DNA of 37,890 nucleotides from a virus. Taxonomy: Duplodnaviria; Caudoviricetes. This document shows, piece by piece, positions 1-7,738 of this stretch. The stretch is taken from IMG/VR virus record IMGVR_UViG_3300005573_001184, positions 1 to 37,890 of that record. One strand, 5' to 3'. The translations under genes were made by a program, and so were the position numbers. The notes beneath the pieces were generated by a model that was given only the letters and a program-made list of their open reading frames with translations, searched no databases and was not told the origin of the DNA. Numbering within the stretch: the stretch's first letter is position 1; the number at the start of each line of letters is the position of its first letter.

Positions 1-173
1 ATTGGCGTCTTCACTCCAACCCACGGCCAGTACTCGAACGAGTCCAAGTACGTTGAAGGCGGTGTCCCTGAACCTCCCGGAAGATGCGCGACCTTACGTC
101 GCGATACCATCGAGTTCGCGCTAAGCGATACAAGAACAACCGTCAGACTCAGTATGGCTAATAGCGTTCTCAT
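1..173 (-). CDS. 5' part of a protein with a signal-peptide-like N-terminus, tail region (runs off the window)
   Basis: Not in the ORF track. ATG at 173 overlaps the TGA of the upstream gene (ATGA) and reads MRTLLAILSLTVVLVSLSANSMVSRRKVAHLPGGSGTPPSTYLDSFEYWPW... with no stop before base 1. Confidence 0.7.
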   Translation of the reverse strand, partial: MRTLLAILSLTVVLVSLSANSMVSRRKVAHLPGGSGTPPSTYLDSFEYWPWVGVKTP

Positions 174-3100
174 TTGAAGTACTCAAAACTGACGGCCACG
201 TTGGCCTGTTCAGTTGCGTTCCCGGTGGACCCAAACGAATCCACGTACATCTTCGTGATTGTCCCGTTCGTCAAGGCAGTAGGCACCGGCGAATAAATGT
301 TGGTCTTCCACTGGCTTGGAATCGTCAGCGTCTTGTCTGAGCCGGATGCATTAGCAAGCCAATGGACATGCGATTTGTGTATGTTGGCAGCACCATTTGT
401 CGCATGCAAGAATGTCACATTGGCCGTCACAGAATCGTATGAACTCGCTTTGTTCATATCAACGTACGTCAATACTCCAGAACCCATGCTTGCAACGACG
501 TTATTTGCCACTGTCACAAGACCGGCGAAGTAGTTGGTAGCCCCTGAACCAGACTGAACAAGGCCAGCTCCAGCCCCATTTGCCACTTCGATTCCTCGAT
601 AGTCATAAGCTGATGTCAATGTTGGACGTACATAAATACCTCTTGTTACACCGTTGGCACCACCTGTTTGATTTATCGCATCATTCACATCTATGCCGCT
701 ATAAGATGCTGTTCCAGATGTCGGAGAAAAACTCATTCTAGCGTAGATATTGGCGTGTATTCCCGAAGTCGGGCCGCTGATAGCGTTTCCGACGAATGCC
801 CTCATGTATCCACCACTTGATTGCGGATAAGCGTAAAATGACAGGTTTCCACCAGCAGAGTCAGATACTGACCACGAAGTTCCACTGAACGGGAACATCC
901 AGTCGCACGAGGTACCAAACTTAACCCCGTTCGTCCATTGACTGAGGTATCCATAAGTTGTGGAGCTGGAGGAATCGTAGGTCAACCCTGTGGCCCCAGC
1001 AAATGTTCCTGAGGAATTATACTGAATCTGCTTGTCGCTACCACCCGGTGAACTGCCCGAAACGGATACCCATGACAGAGTGCCGGACCCATTGTTCTTC
1101 AGGAAACCAGAAGCATTTGCCGAAGGCCACGTGTATGCAACTGATCCGAGATTAACCGAAATCTGGTCGAAGTTCGTCACAAACGAAATGTTTGTGCCAG
1201 AGGTGAATCGCATGGGATTTGCCTGTGAATCAATCAACTGTTGGAACGTTCTGTAGCGCGGAACGTTGAAGTTCTCCGTCCATATCCCGAAATCGTCCAG
1301 ATACATTGCGTCTTCATACAATGGCAAGAAATAAATTTGTACCTGTTGCGTGACCGAGGAGACAACATCTACCCTTATATGAGTTGAGTCAATAACCTCA
1401 GTAATGGTAGCGTTGTAGGGAGTACTCGTGGCGACCTGAATATGTCTTCCAACGGTATTCGCTGGAGGATATGCTTGACTTAGAGTTATAATGTCAGAAC
1501 CGCTCACAAGGTCACCATATACCCACAATCCCTGCCAGTAGCAGGCAAGGTAGAGTGTCGTTGTACCCGAAGGCACGGTCCCCGAACCACCCATCCAGAC
1601 CCATCTATTGCGGTCTGCTCTTGGGCCCTTTATAATTGTGGATTGGCTAATTATACTGGCCACGTTGTTTCCTGACTGATCACGTATGAAAAAGTTAAGA
1701 TAATCCAGTCCGCCCCAGTAATCCGTATCAGGAATGTAAAACCAACCGCCAACATAAATGGTCTTATTAACGAGCTTGGAAGTTAGCGAGCTGTGGAATG
1801 GTATGTAAATGTATGTGTTATACCAATTCGTATAAGGCCACAATACAAGACTTGATGGGCTTGATCTGTAGATTGTGTTGGTGTAGAACATCTGGGCATA
1901 GGTTCCTCCGACAACAGCGCCTTGAGACCATATATTTGTTCCATATGAAAATTGCGGATCCGGGAAAAGATTCTTCGGCCATAGATAAGTTGGCGAATCC
2001 TGAGGCCAATAAGGAGTACCATCGTTCCACTCCGTTTTCGTGGTCACTACATCCAGATTCGCGGAGTTCGCAGTAAACGCAACGGATTGGCCGCCACCGT
2101 TGACTTTCATCTTCACGTCCCGTGCCCTATCAAATACAATCTTAGGGTATGGACTTCCACCTGATGTCGATATCACTCCAAAGTCACTTTGAGTAACAAT
2201 CCAACCAGAGTTATCATAGAAAATCTTCGTGCCTGTCGCTGAGTATGTTCCTGGAGTCACATCAGTGTCGAGTCTCACAACTATGTATCTTGCAAATCTT
2301 GTCCCGTTATAGGCCGTAGAAATTTCCCATGTGCCGTTCATACTTGCGTATATTCCGGAAAATCCTGCCAGTGTAACGGTGTATGCGGATGTCCCAGAAT
2401 TCCATGTGCCAAAGATGTTGGTTGATGGCTTTGGAATCAAGGATGCAGTGCTTCTGTCGCTCGTAAGGAACCCACTCCATAGTGGCACACCATCAATTGT
2501 AGCACCAGAGCAGTTAAGAACGTTGCTAACGCTGCCTGAAACTATACCCGGAGGTACCCCGACAGCATGGACCAATGATCCTGCCCTGATCGTTCTCGCC
2601 CCGTTGAGATCAGGCAATGAAGTACAGCCAGATATTGTGACCGTTGCCCCGAGTGGATAATTGTAAGGCTTTGGGAGTTCCAGCACAACGGAACGCTGAT
2701 CGGAGAGAACCGTAATTGAACTCACATCATTCGTTCTGGAGAATCCAAGATAAGCGTCATGCGAATTCAGCTCCATATACATGGGACTGAATCTCATCCT
2801 GTCCCCCGAGAGGTCAAGAGCCACTTCTGTGCAGCCTTGTATATCACCTGAAAAGTCAAGAAAGTCACCGTGATGCCTAAAACCAATGTCCGGACCGCCC
2901 TCAGCTTTGTATCCGTAAATCTTGTGCGCTTGCGCCTGTATATCGTCCAATGGAATCAGCGTAATTGACCCCCGGATGTTCCATAGATTTGCCCAACCGT
3001 TGCCAAGACACGCTGTCACCTGACCAATTTGGCAGAGTCTGAACGTCAGGTTCTCCTCAGTGTATCTGCTCGCCTCATATCTGACTATGCCGTTTGCTCT

Positions 3101-4126
3101 TTGCCAGTATGATCCGGAAGATCCATGAGCACCTACGAACGTCATATTTTTTATGTCTATCTGGTTGCCAAATACAAAAAACGCTGGGAGCGATTGCATC
3201 GAAGTATTTGTAGCGTAGATGTAGGTAGATTGATCCCCTGCACCAAGAAGCTCCATGTGAATATCGCCGGCATGTGTAATTTGCGGCTTTACATGCGACA
3301 CAAAAATTGGGCTGTCCACTCGGTACTTTCCGGGAGGGAAGAAGAGCTTACATGGAATCGTGTTGCTTGCGACATTTATGGCCTGCTGAATGTAAGAGCT
3401 ATCATCTGACCACGCTTCGCGGGTCGCCCCAAACCACCTAACATTAAGAAAAGTTCCAGAATCTGTATAACGGTTCCAGTACCCAGAGCTTCCGGCAAAG
3501 CATGTACCGCCGTTTGCAGTGCCGGTCGATGTCCAGTAAAACCATCCTCCGCCACCGTCATTAGCACTCCAATAGCCGTTTACGTATGCGTTTGTCTTGC
3601 TACCTGAGCCCGCTATTGTTGCAAGCTCCGAGACCGTATTGCAGATAAAGAAATTGGCAGCGGTTATCTGACTCTCAAGTGGAATCCGGCCAGTCCCTAC
3701 AATTGTGTTGGTTGACAAAGCTGTCAACGTCGAGCTCAGCGGTTGCTTGTTATTCAGCTGGGTTTGGATCGGAGACGTGACACCGTCGAGGTATCCGAAC
3801 TCGGTGGCGTCAACCGATGTAATGCCCTTGAATTGGTTGGCATTCACTACGCCGGTCCCGTCGTACTTCAGCGTTGCCCCACTCCCGACACCCATCGTAG
3901 CGCTCGTATTTGTCCCGCTGAGCAGGCTTCCAAAGCCCGCGGAGCCAGCGCCAATCGGCGCCCACGTCGGCGTGCCAGACCCGCCGATCGTGAGCACGTC
4001 GTTCACGTTCCCGCTGGGGACGTCGTTGGTGGTTATGATGTGCCGTTTCACCGCCGGGTAATCCGCCCCGAGCGCAATGGCTCCGCACAGCGCGGAGCCG
4101 AGCAAAAATCGCAGAATCCGTTTCAT
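170..4126 (-). CDS. Tailspike/tail fibre with pectate-lyase-like beta-helix (putative depolymerase) and carbohydrate-binding-like modules, ~1318 aa
   Basis: Start taken at MKRILRF (ATG 4126), 2 nt after the upstream stop. Motifs: TEFGYLDGVTSPIQTQLN (tail fibre), GYWSANDGGGGWFYW, NVRWFGA...DDSSYIQQAIN...LFFPPGKY (pectate_lyase_3-type cap), NLFPDPQF (CBM-like), PGGSDKQIQYN. G/S/T-rich throughout. Confidence 0.8.
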   Translation of the reverse strand: MKRILRFLLGSALCGAIALGADYPAVKRHIITTNDVPSGNVNDVLTIGGSGTPTWAPIGAGSAGFGSLLSGTNTSATMGVGSGATLKYDGTGVVNANQFKGITSVDATEFGYLDGVTSPIQTQLNNKQPLSSTLTALSTNTIVGTGRIPLESQITAANFFICNTVSELATIAGSGSKTNAYVNGYWSANDGGGGWFYWTSTGTANGGTCFAGSSGYWNRYTDSGTFLNVRWFGATREAWSDDSSYIQQAINVASNTIPCKLFFPPGKYRVDSPIFVSHVKPQITHAGDIHMELLGAGDQSTYIYATNTSMQSLPAFFVFGNQIDIKNMTFVGAHGSSGSYWQRANGIVRYEASRYTEENLTFRLCQIGQVTACLGNGWANLWNIRGSITLIPLDDIQAQAHKIYGYKAEGGPDIGFRHHGDFLDFSGDIQGCTEVALDLSGDRMRFSPMYMELNSHDAYLGFSRTNDVSSITVLSDQRSVVLELPKPYNYPLGATVTISGCTSLPDLNGARTIRAGSLVHAVGVPPGIVSGSVSNVLNCSGATIDGVPLWSGFLTSDRSTASLIPKPSTNIFGTWNSGTSAYTVTLAGFSGIYASMNGTWEISTAYNGTRFARYIVVRLDTDVTPGTYSATGTKIFYDNSGWIVTQSDFGVISTSGGSPYPKIVFDRARDVKMKVNGGGQSVAFTANSANLDVVTTKTEWNDGTPYWPQDSPTYLWPKNLFPDPQFSYGTNIWSQGAVVGGTYAQMFYTNTIYRSSPSSLVLWPYTNWYNTYIYIPFHSSLTSKLVNKTIYVGGWFYIPDTDYWGGLDYLNFFIRDQSGNNVASIISQSTIIKGPRADRNRWVWMGGSGTVPSGTTTLYLACYWQGLWVYGDLVSGSDIITLSQAYPPANTVGRHIQVATSTPYNATITEVIDSTHIRVDVVSSVTQQVQIYFLPLYEDAMYLDDFGIWTENFNVPRYRTFQQLIDSQANPMRFTSGTNISFVTNFDQISVNLGSVAYTWPSANASGFLKNNGSGTLSWVSVSGSSPGGSDKQIQYNSSGTFAGATGLTYDSSSSTTYGYLSQWTNGVKFGTSCDWMFPFSGTSWSVSDSAGGNLSFYAYPQSSGGYMRAFVGNAISGPTSGIHANIYARMSFSPTSGTASYSGIDVNDAINQTGGANGVTRGIYVRPTLTSAYDYRGIEVANGAGAGLVQSGSGATNYFAGLVTVANNVVASMGSGVLTYVDMNKASSYDSVTANVTFLHATNGAANIHKSHVHWLANASGSDKTLTIPSQWKTNIYSPVPTALTNGTITKMYVDSFGSTGNATEQANVAVSFEYFK

Positions 4127-4128
4127 TT

Positions 4129-4488
4129 TCAGTCGATGATCTTGTCCCATGTAGATGTCGCAGAGTTCCAAAGCCAAGTATCGCCGGTGTCTTTTCGGTA
4201 GTAGATGCCGCAGTTGCCAGTTGGCGGTTCGGTTGGATCAGCGGTGCCGCAAGTAACGCCGCCACCGCCGCTGGCTACGGCTTGTGTTAAGCACGCGAGG
4301 AGTTCCGCCATGGTTTGCGTGAGCTGGCCCGGCGTCATGGCAGCAGCGCAGCATTGCTCAAGTCTATCGAGTGCAGGACAGTCGGACATAGGATCGAGAA
4401 GTGTTATGGCCTCGGCAAGGCCGTTAACCGCGTTTACCAGCGACTGGAACGGCGTCAAGTAACCGTCACAACCAGCGAAGTTGAGCAT
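4129..4488 (-). CDS. Small Cys-rich virion-region protein
   Basis: 119 aa ORF between capsid and tailspike. C-terminal GTADPTEPP...IYYRKDTGDTWLWN resembles a tail-fibre repeat. 7 Cys. Confidence 0.65.
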   Translation of the reverse strand: MLNFAGCDGYLTPFQSLVNAVNGLAEAITLLDPMSDCPALDRLEQCCAAAMTPGQLTQTMAELLACLTQAVASGGGGVTCGTADPTEPPTGNCGIYYRKDTGDTWLWNSATSTWDKIID

Positions 4489-4502
4489 AAACGGTCATGG
4501 TT

Positions 4503-4534
4503 GGGCGCGGCCCGGTAAGAGCCGCGCCCTTTTT
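4503..4534. terminator. GC-rich hairpin after the capsid gene (terminator/attenuator or mRNA stabiliser)
   Basis: GGGCGCGGC-N9-GCCGCGCCC followed by TTTTT on +. On the minus (sense) strand the stem extends to 11 bp with a G-U pair but has no U-tract. Confidence 0.55.
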
Positions 4535-4543
4535 CACTGAACG

Positions 4544-6139
4544 TTAGACACACTCCATCGTGAGGTCAACTGTGCCCACCGTAGCATCGCTCAGCACGAG
4601 GTCGTCGTTGCCATCCCCGTCCTTGTCCGCAGCGGACCAAGTACCAAGGAGCTTGGCAACCGCGTTGTTGTTAAGCGCAGCTGCGAGTGCGCTCACCGTG
4701 TCGTACCTGCTGGAGCCCAGCCCTGTGTTAACGGGCGTGCCGTCGATGACTATCACGCCGCCAACGAGCCGGATCTGTTCCTCTCCAGAGCAACCGGGGT
4801 TCGTCCACCACAGGTCGCAAGGTTCATTGTCGGAACTGTAGTACTGCGTCTCGCCGGTAGGAGCAGTGTTGCATGTCTGGATCTCAGGCACGCAAGGCGG
4901 TTCACGCCGGTGGAACAGCGCCACGGACCACTCTGGATGAGCTGGTTTCCACGCGACTTCAAAGTCGGCGAAGAACACACCCTTGTTCCGGCGGATGTTC
5001 TCGCAGCCGATGTTGTCCACAGCAAACTGCCATTTGCCGGCCAAATCGCGGGCCATGAACGGCATCTGCGGATGAACGGACTCGGCCTGCGCGACGTACA
5101 ACGTAGCGGCACCGGGATGCCAAATGTGACTGATCTGGAACTGAGCTTTCTCGAACGTAGGATTTACCTCCATCCGAAGGCCGTGGCCGCTCTGCCAGTT
5201 CTCAGTACCGTCGGTTTCCTCGGCTGACACGTTCCTGTACGGCAGCACGAGCTGGTATCGGTATTTGCCCGAGACCTGGCCAACGTACATGAACCTCAGG
5301 TTGAACGGATCCACCGCAACGGTGTAGTTCCCAATCTGCCCCGAGAGACCGTACCGCCAGTAATCGTTTGCCGTGGTCCAATCCGTGTACCGCCAGTAAG
5401 CGTTGAGCCCGTTTGACGTGGCCGTGTTGGCCTGTTTGTCGAGCTCCCACACGGTTTCCATGTCGGTGATCAGTTCGATCAATCGCGGGAAGCTGTCGCC
5501 GAATGTGCGATCCTGCATGTAACCGTCGAGCGTCAGCGGCATGACGAGGCGTTGCAACAGTTGCGGCGCAAGCTTGTAAACGTTGTTTGGGTCGACGTTT
5601 GTGTCGAGGTAAATCTCGTTGTCGCCGCTGGTTACCCATTCCATGGTAAACGAGTCCATGCTCTTGTTCGCCACGATCTTACGTTTTGCATGCTGCGCAG
5701 CGCGTTTCTTGATGTAGTAGGACATGATCGTGTCCGCGGCGAAGGCCAGAATATCGTTGATGATCTGTGCCAGGTGTTCCTCGGCATGAGACGCGTCACG
5801 TATTTGATCGAAGCACAAGACCTGTGTCTTGATGCTCCGCGTTTCCTTGAAGACCATGAACCGGCTGTTTCCCCAGCCGATCGTGTCAGATTCAGGATCG
5901 CAAGGGGTGCCCTTGCAAGCCTCGTATTCCTTCGCAACCCATTCCCGTGTCGGATTGGCAAACACCATCTCATAGCGGTCGAAATACTGGGTGTTGCCCA
6001 TGAAACTTGGCCATTTCTCGGTTTTCACCTTTCCAAGCCAAGTTCCGGACATCGGGTGGATCGCCTTGATCACATCCTCCTGGAAGTGAGGGGTCTGATC
6101 GACCAGAAAATTTACGAACTTCTTTGTGCAGTCTGCCAT
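4544..6139 (-). CDS. Major capsid protein (putative) with C-terminal extension
   Basis: 531 aa. Canonical position after portal and scaffold, own upstream promoter/leader and a downstream hairpin. Assigned mainly by synteny and size. Confidence 0.75.
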   Translation of the reverse strand: MADCTKKFVNFLVDQTPHFQEDVIKAIHPMSGTWLGKVKTEKWPSFMGNTQYFDRYEMVFANPTREWVAKEYEACKGTPCDPESDTIGWGNSRFMVFKETRSIKTQVLCFDQIRDASHAEEHLAQIINDILAFAADTIMSYYIKKRAAQHAKRKIVANKSMDSFTMEWVTSGDNEIYLDTNVDPNNVYKLAPQLLQRLVMPLTLDGYMQDRTFGDSFPRLIELITDMETVWELDKQANTATSNGLNAYWRYTDWTTANDYWRYGLSGQIGNYTVAVDPFNLRFMYVGQVSGKYRYQLVLPYRNVSAEETDGTENWQSGHGLRMEVNPTFEKAQFQISHIWHPGAATLYVAQAESVHPQMPFMARDLAGKWQFAVDNIGCENIRRNKGVFFADFEVAWKPAHPEWSVALFHRREPPCVPEIQTCNTAPTGETQYYSSDNEPCDLWWTNPGCSGEEQIRLVGGVIVIDGTPVNTGLGSSRYDTVSALAAALNNNAVAKLLGTWSAADKDGDGNDDLVLSDATVGTVDLTMECV

Positions 6140-6288
6140 ACGCCAATCAAAAGCAAAAAGTTTAACTTCGCTTTCGGTTGGCGAAGCCGACGTGGCGGTT
6201 CAGCCGCAACGTTGCTGCAGGCGCAGCATCGGCCCGGGCTGCGAAGCCCGTACGGCACCCGACGCGACTCGGGTATTACGCTGGCGAC
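6140..6288 (-). ncRNA. Highly structured 5' leader of the capsid gene (candidate cis-regulatory RNA)
   Basis: Consecutive stems on the minus strand: ACCCGA/TCGGGT, CGGGCT/AGCCCG, GCCGATG/CGTCGGC enclosing CTGC/GCAG and GCGG/CCGC, then CTTCGC/GCGAAG. Confidence 0.45.
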
Positions 6289-6317
6289 AACTTGAACACG
6301 TTCCAGCTATTTGTCAA
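6289..6317 (-). promoter_or_regulatory. Possible sigma70-type promoter for the capsid gene
   Basis: TTGACA-N17-CAAGTT; perfect -35, weak -10. Confidence 0.35.
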
Positions 6318-6324
6318 GGAAAAT

Positions 6325-7482
6325 TTACGAAAGATAATCTTCAAGGGCGGCCAGCCCGACTTTTTTCTTCTGCGCACGTTCCGTAGCGGCTTGGCCGGCT
6401 CCGACTTTCGGGCTGCTGGATTTGAACGACTCGATTTCTTTCTCGAGCTCTTGAACGCGCTTTTGGAGGCGCACCCTGTCATAGGCGAGAGGGCCAAATG
6501 CCGCTGCCATGTTGCGGACAGCGGCCTGAACGCGGACCAGTTCCTCCTCCGGGAGGCCATCCGGATTCAGGAACGCGGTGTCGGCGACCTTGGCGAATTT
6601 CTCAGCGACTTCAGCGAGTTCAGAATCCTCCTTGAAATCGAACAGGTCAGGCCGTTTTGCAGCATGTTCCTCGACCGTTTGCGACCAAATTTGCTGAAGT
6701 CGTTCAGCTCTTTTGGTGCGCTGCTCGATGGCCTGCTTCTTGTAGTCCTCCGCTGCCTGCACAGACATGTCGTATGCCTGGCCAATCTCGGTGATCTCGT
6801 GCATTACCCAAGGCGCCTTTTCATCGAACAGTTCTTGCGCCAGTTGGAATGCCTGATTTGGATCCTGCCGCCAAAGCGCGTACAGCCTGTTAACATCCTG
6901 CGGCGTTCCAAGGCGCTCGCCGCCCTGCACCGGCAGTTTTTGCACGATCTGCGAGAGCGTCGCGATCTTCTGTTCGATCGGTTTGAGATAGCGCTCTTTG
7001 TACTCCGGCGAACTCGTATAATCCACCTGCTTAAGCGTTTCCTGCAGAGCCGCGTTCTCCTTTTCAAGCGCTTCAAGGCGCGCCTTAAGCTCGGTTGTTA
7101 CCTTGGCGTGCTCAGCCTTCAGCTTGTCGTACGCGGTTCGAAGCCGGCGAACACCCTCGCCTTCGGTCTTGCCTTCGGTTTTTTGCGCGTCAGGAACCGG
7201 CGGCAGCGCGTCCTCGATCGCGCTTGCAGCGTCTGCAGGCGGCTTTGGTTCTGGCTGCTTGCTTTTGTCCTCGATCGCAGTTTCCGCAGCCGGCGGAGGC
7301 TGAGGCGCCTTGCTCTTGTCTTCTGGCGCCGTTGGCGGTTCGGGCTGGGGTTCAGGCGCTGGCTCGCCCATGTAATCGCCAAGCTGCCGCTTGGCTGTCA
7401 CACGCGGCTCGGGTTTCGCGGTAACAGGCGTGCCTGGCAACGCCCCGGCGTCTGGTTTTGGTGCTTCCGTTGTCTTCGGCAT
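6325..7482 (-). CDS. Capsid scaffolding protein (putative), ~385 aa
   Basis: Start at MPKTTEAPK (ATG 7482). P/E/A-rich disordered N-terminus followed by long coiled coils; lies between portal and capsid. Confidence 0.75.
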   Translation of the reverse strand: MPKTTEAPKPDAGALPGTPVTAKPEPRVTAKRQLGDYMGEPAPEPQPEPPTAPEDKSKAPQPPPAAETAIEDKSKQPEPKPPADAASAIEDALPPVPDAQKTEGKTEGEGVRRLRTAYDKLKAEHAKVTTELKARLEALEKENAALQETLKQVDYTSSPEYKERYLKPIEQKIATLSQIVQKLPVQGGERLGTPQDVNRLYALWRQDPNQAFQLAQELFDEKAPWVMHEITEIGQAYDMSVQAAEDYKKQAIEQRTKRAERLQQIWSQTVEEHAAKRPDLFDFKEDSELAEVAEKFAKVADTAFLNPDGLPEEELVRVQAAVRNMAAAFGPLAYDRVRLQKRVQELEKEIESFKSSSPKVGAGQAATERAQKKKVGLAALEDYLS

Positions 7483-7483
7483 A

Positions 7484-7738
7484 CTATTCCTTGTTAGGCA
7501 GGTTAAAGTTCGGAGCTTTGGGCTCAATCTGTGGGTCAGACAATGACAAGGCCATCCGCACGACCTCGAAAGCGCCCGCAATGTAAGCGGCACCGTTCTC
7601 GTCGTACGCATGGCGCTGCGAAATCTCCAATAGGCAATCGGAGAGAATCTGTGCCGTCTCGGGGCGCTCGGCCCATTTCCGGGCGGTTTCTCTTCCAATT
7701 TCCGTTGACGTCCAACGTTCTACTGGTCGAAGTTTCAT
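7484..7738 (-). CDS. Hypothetical protein (portal-scaffold intervening gene)
   Basis: 84 aa, ATGA-coupled to the portal stop, ends 1 nt before the scaffold start. Confidence 0.7.
   Translation of the reverse strand: MKLRPVERWTSTEIGRETARKWAERPETAQILSDCLLEISQRHAYDENGAAYIAGAFEVVRMALSLSDPQIEPKAPNFNLPNKE

Noticed and set aside
170-4126. Diversity-generating retroelement target
   Set aside because: No reverse transcriptase and no TR/VR pair noticed.
6178-7497. 439-aa plus-strand ORF, and similar long antisense ORFs (5552..6295, 14284..15087, 16094..16984, 18106..19053, 19066..20091, 31840..32757)
   Set aside because: Shadow frames opposite well-supported genes in GC-rich DNA; no motifs.
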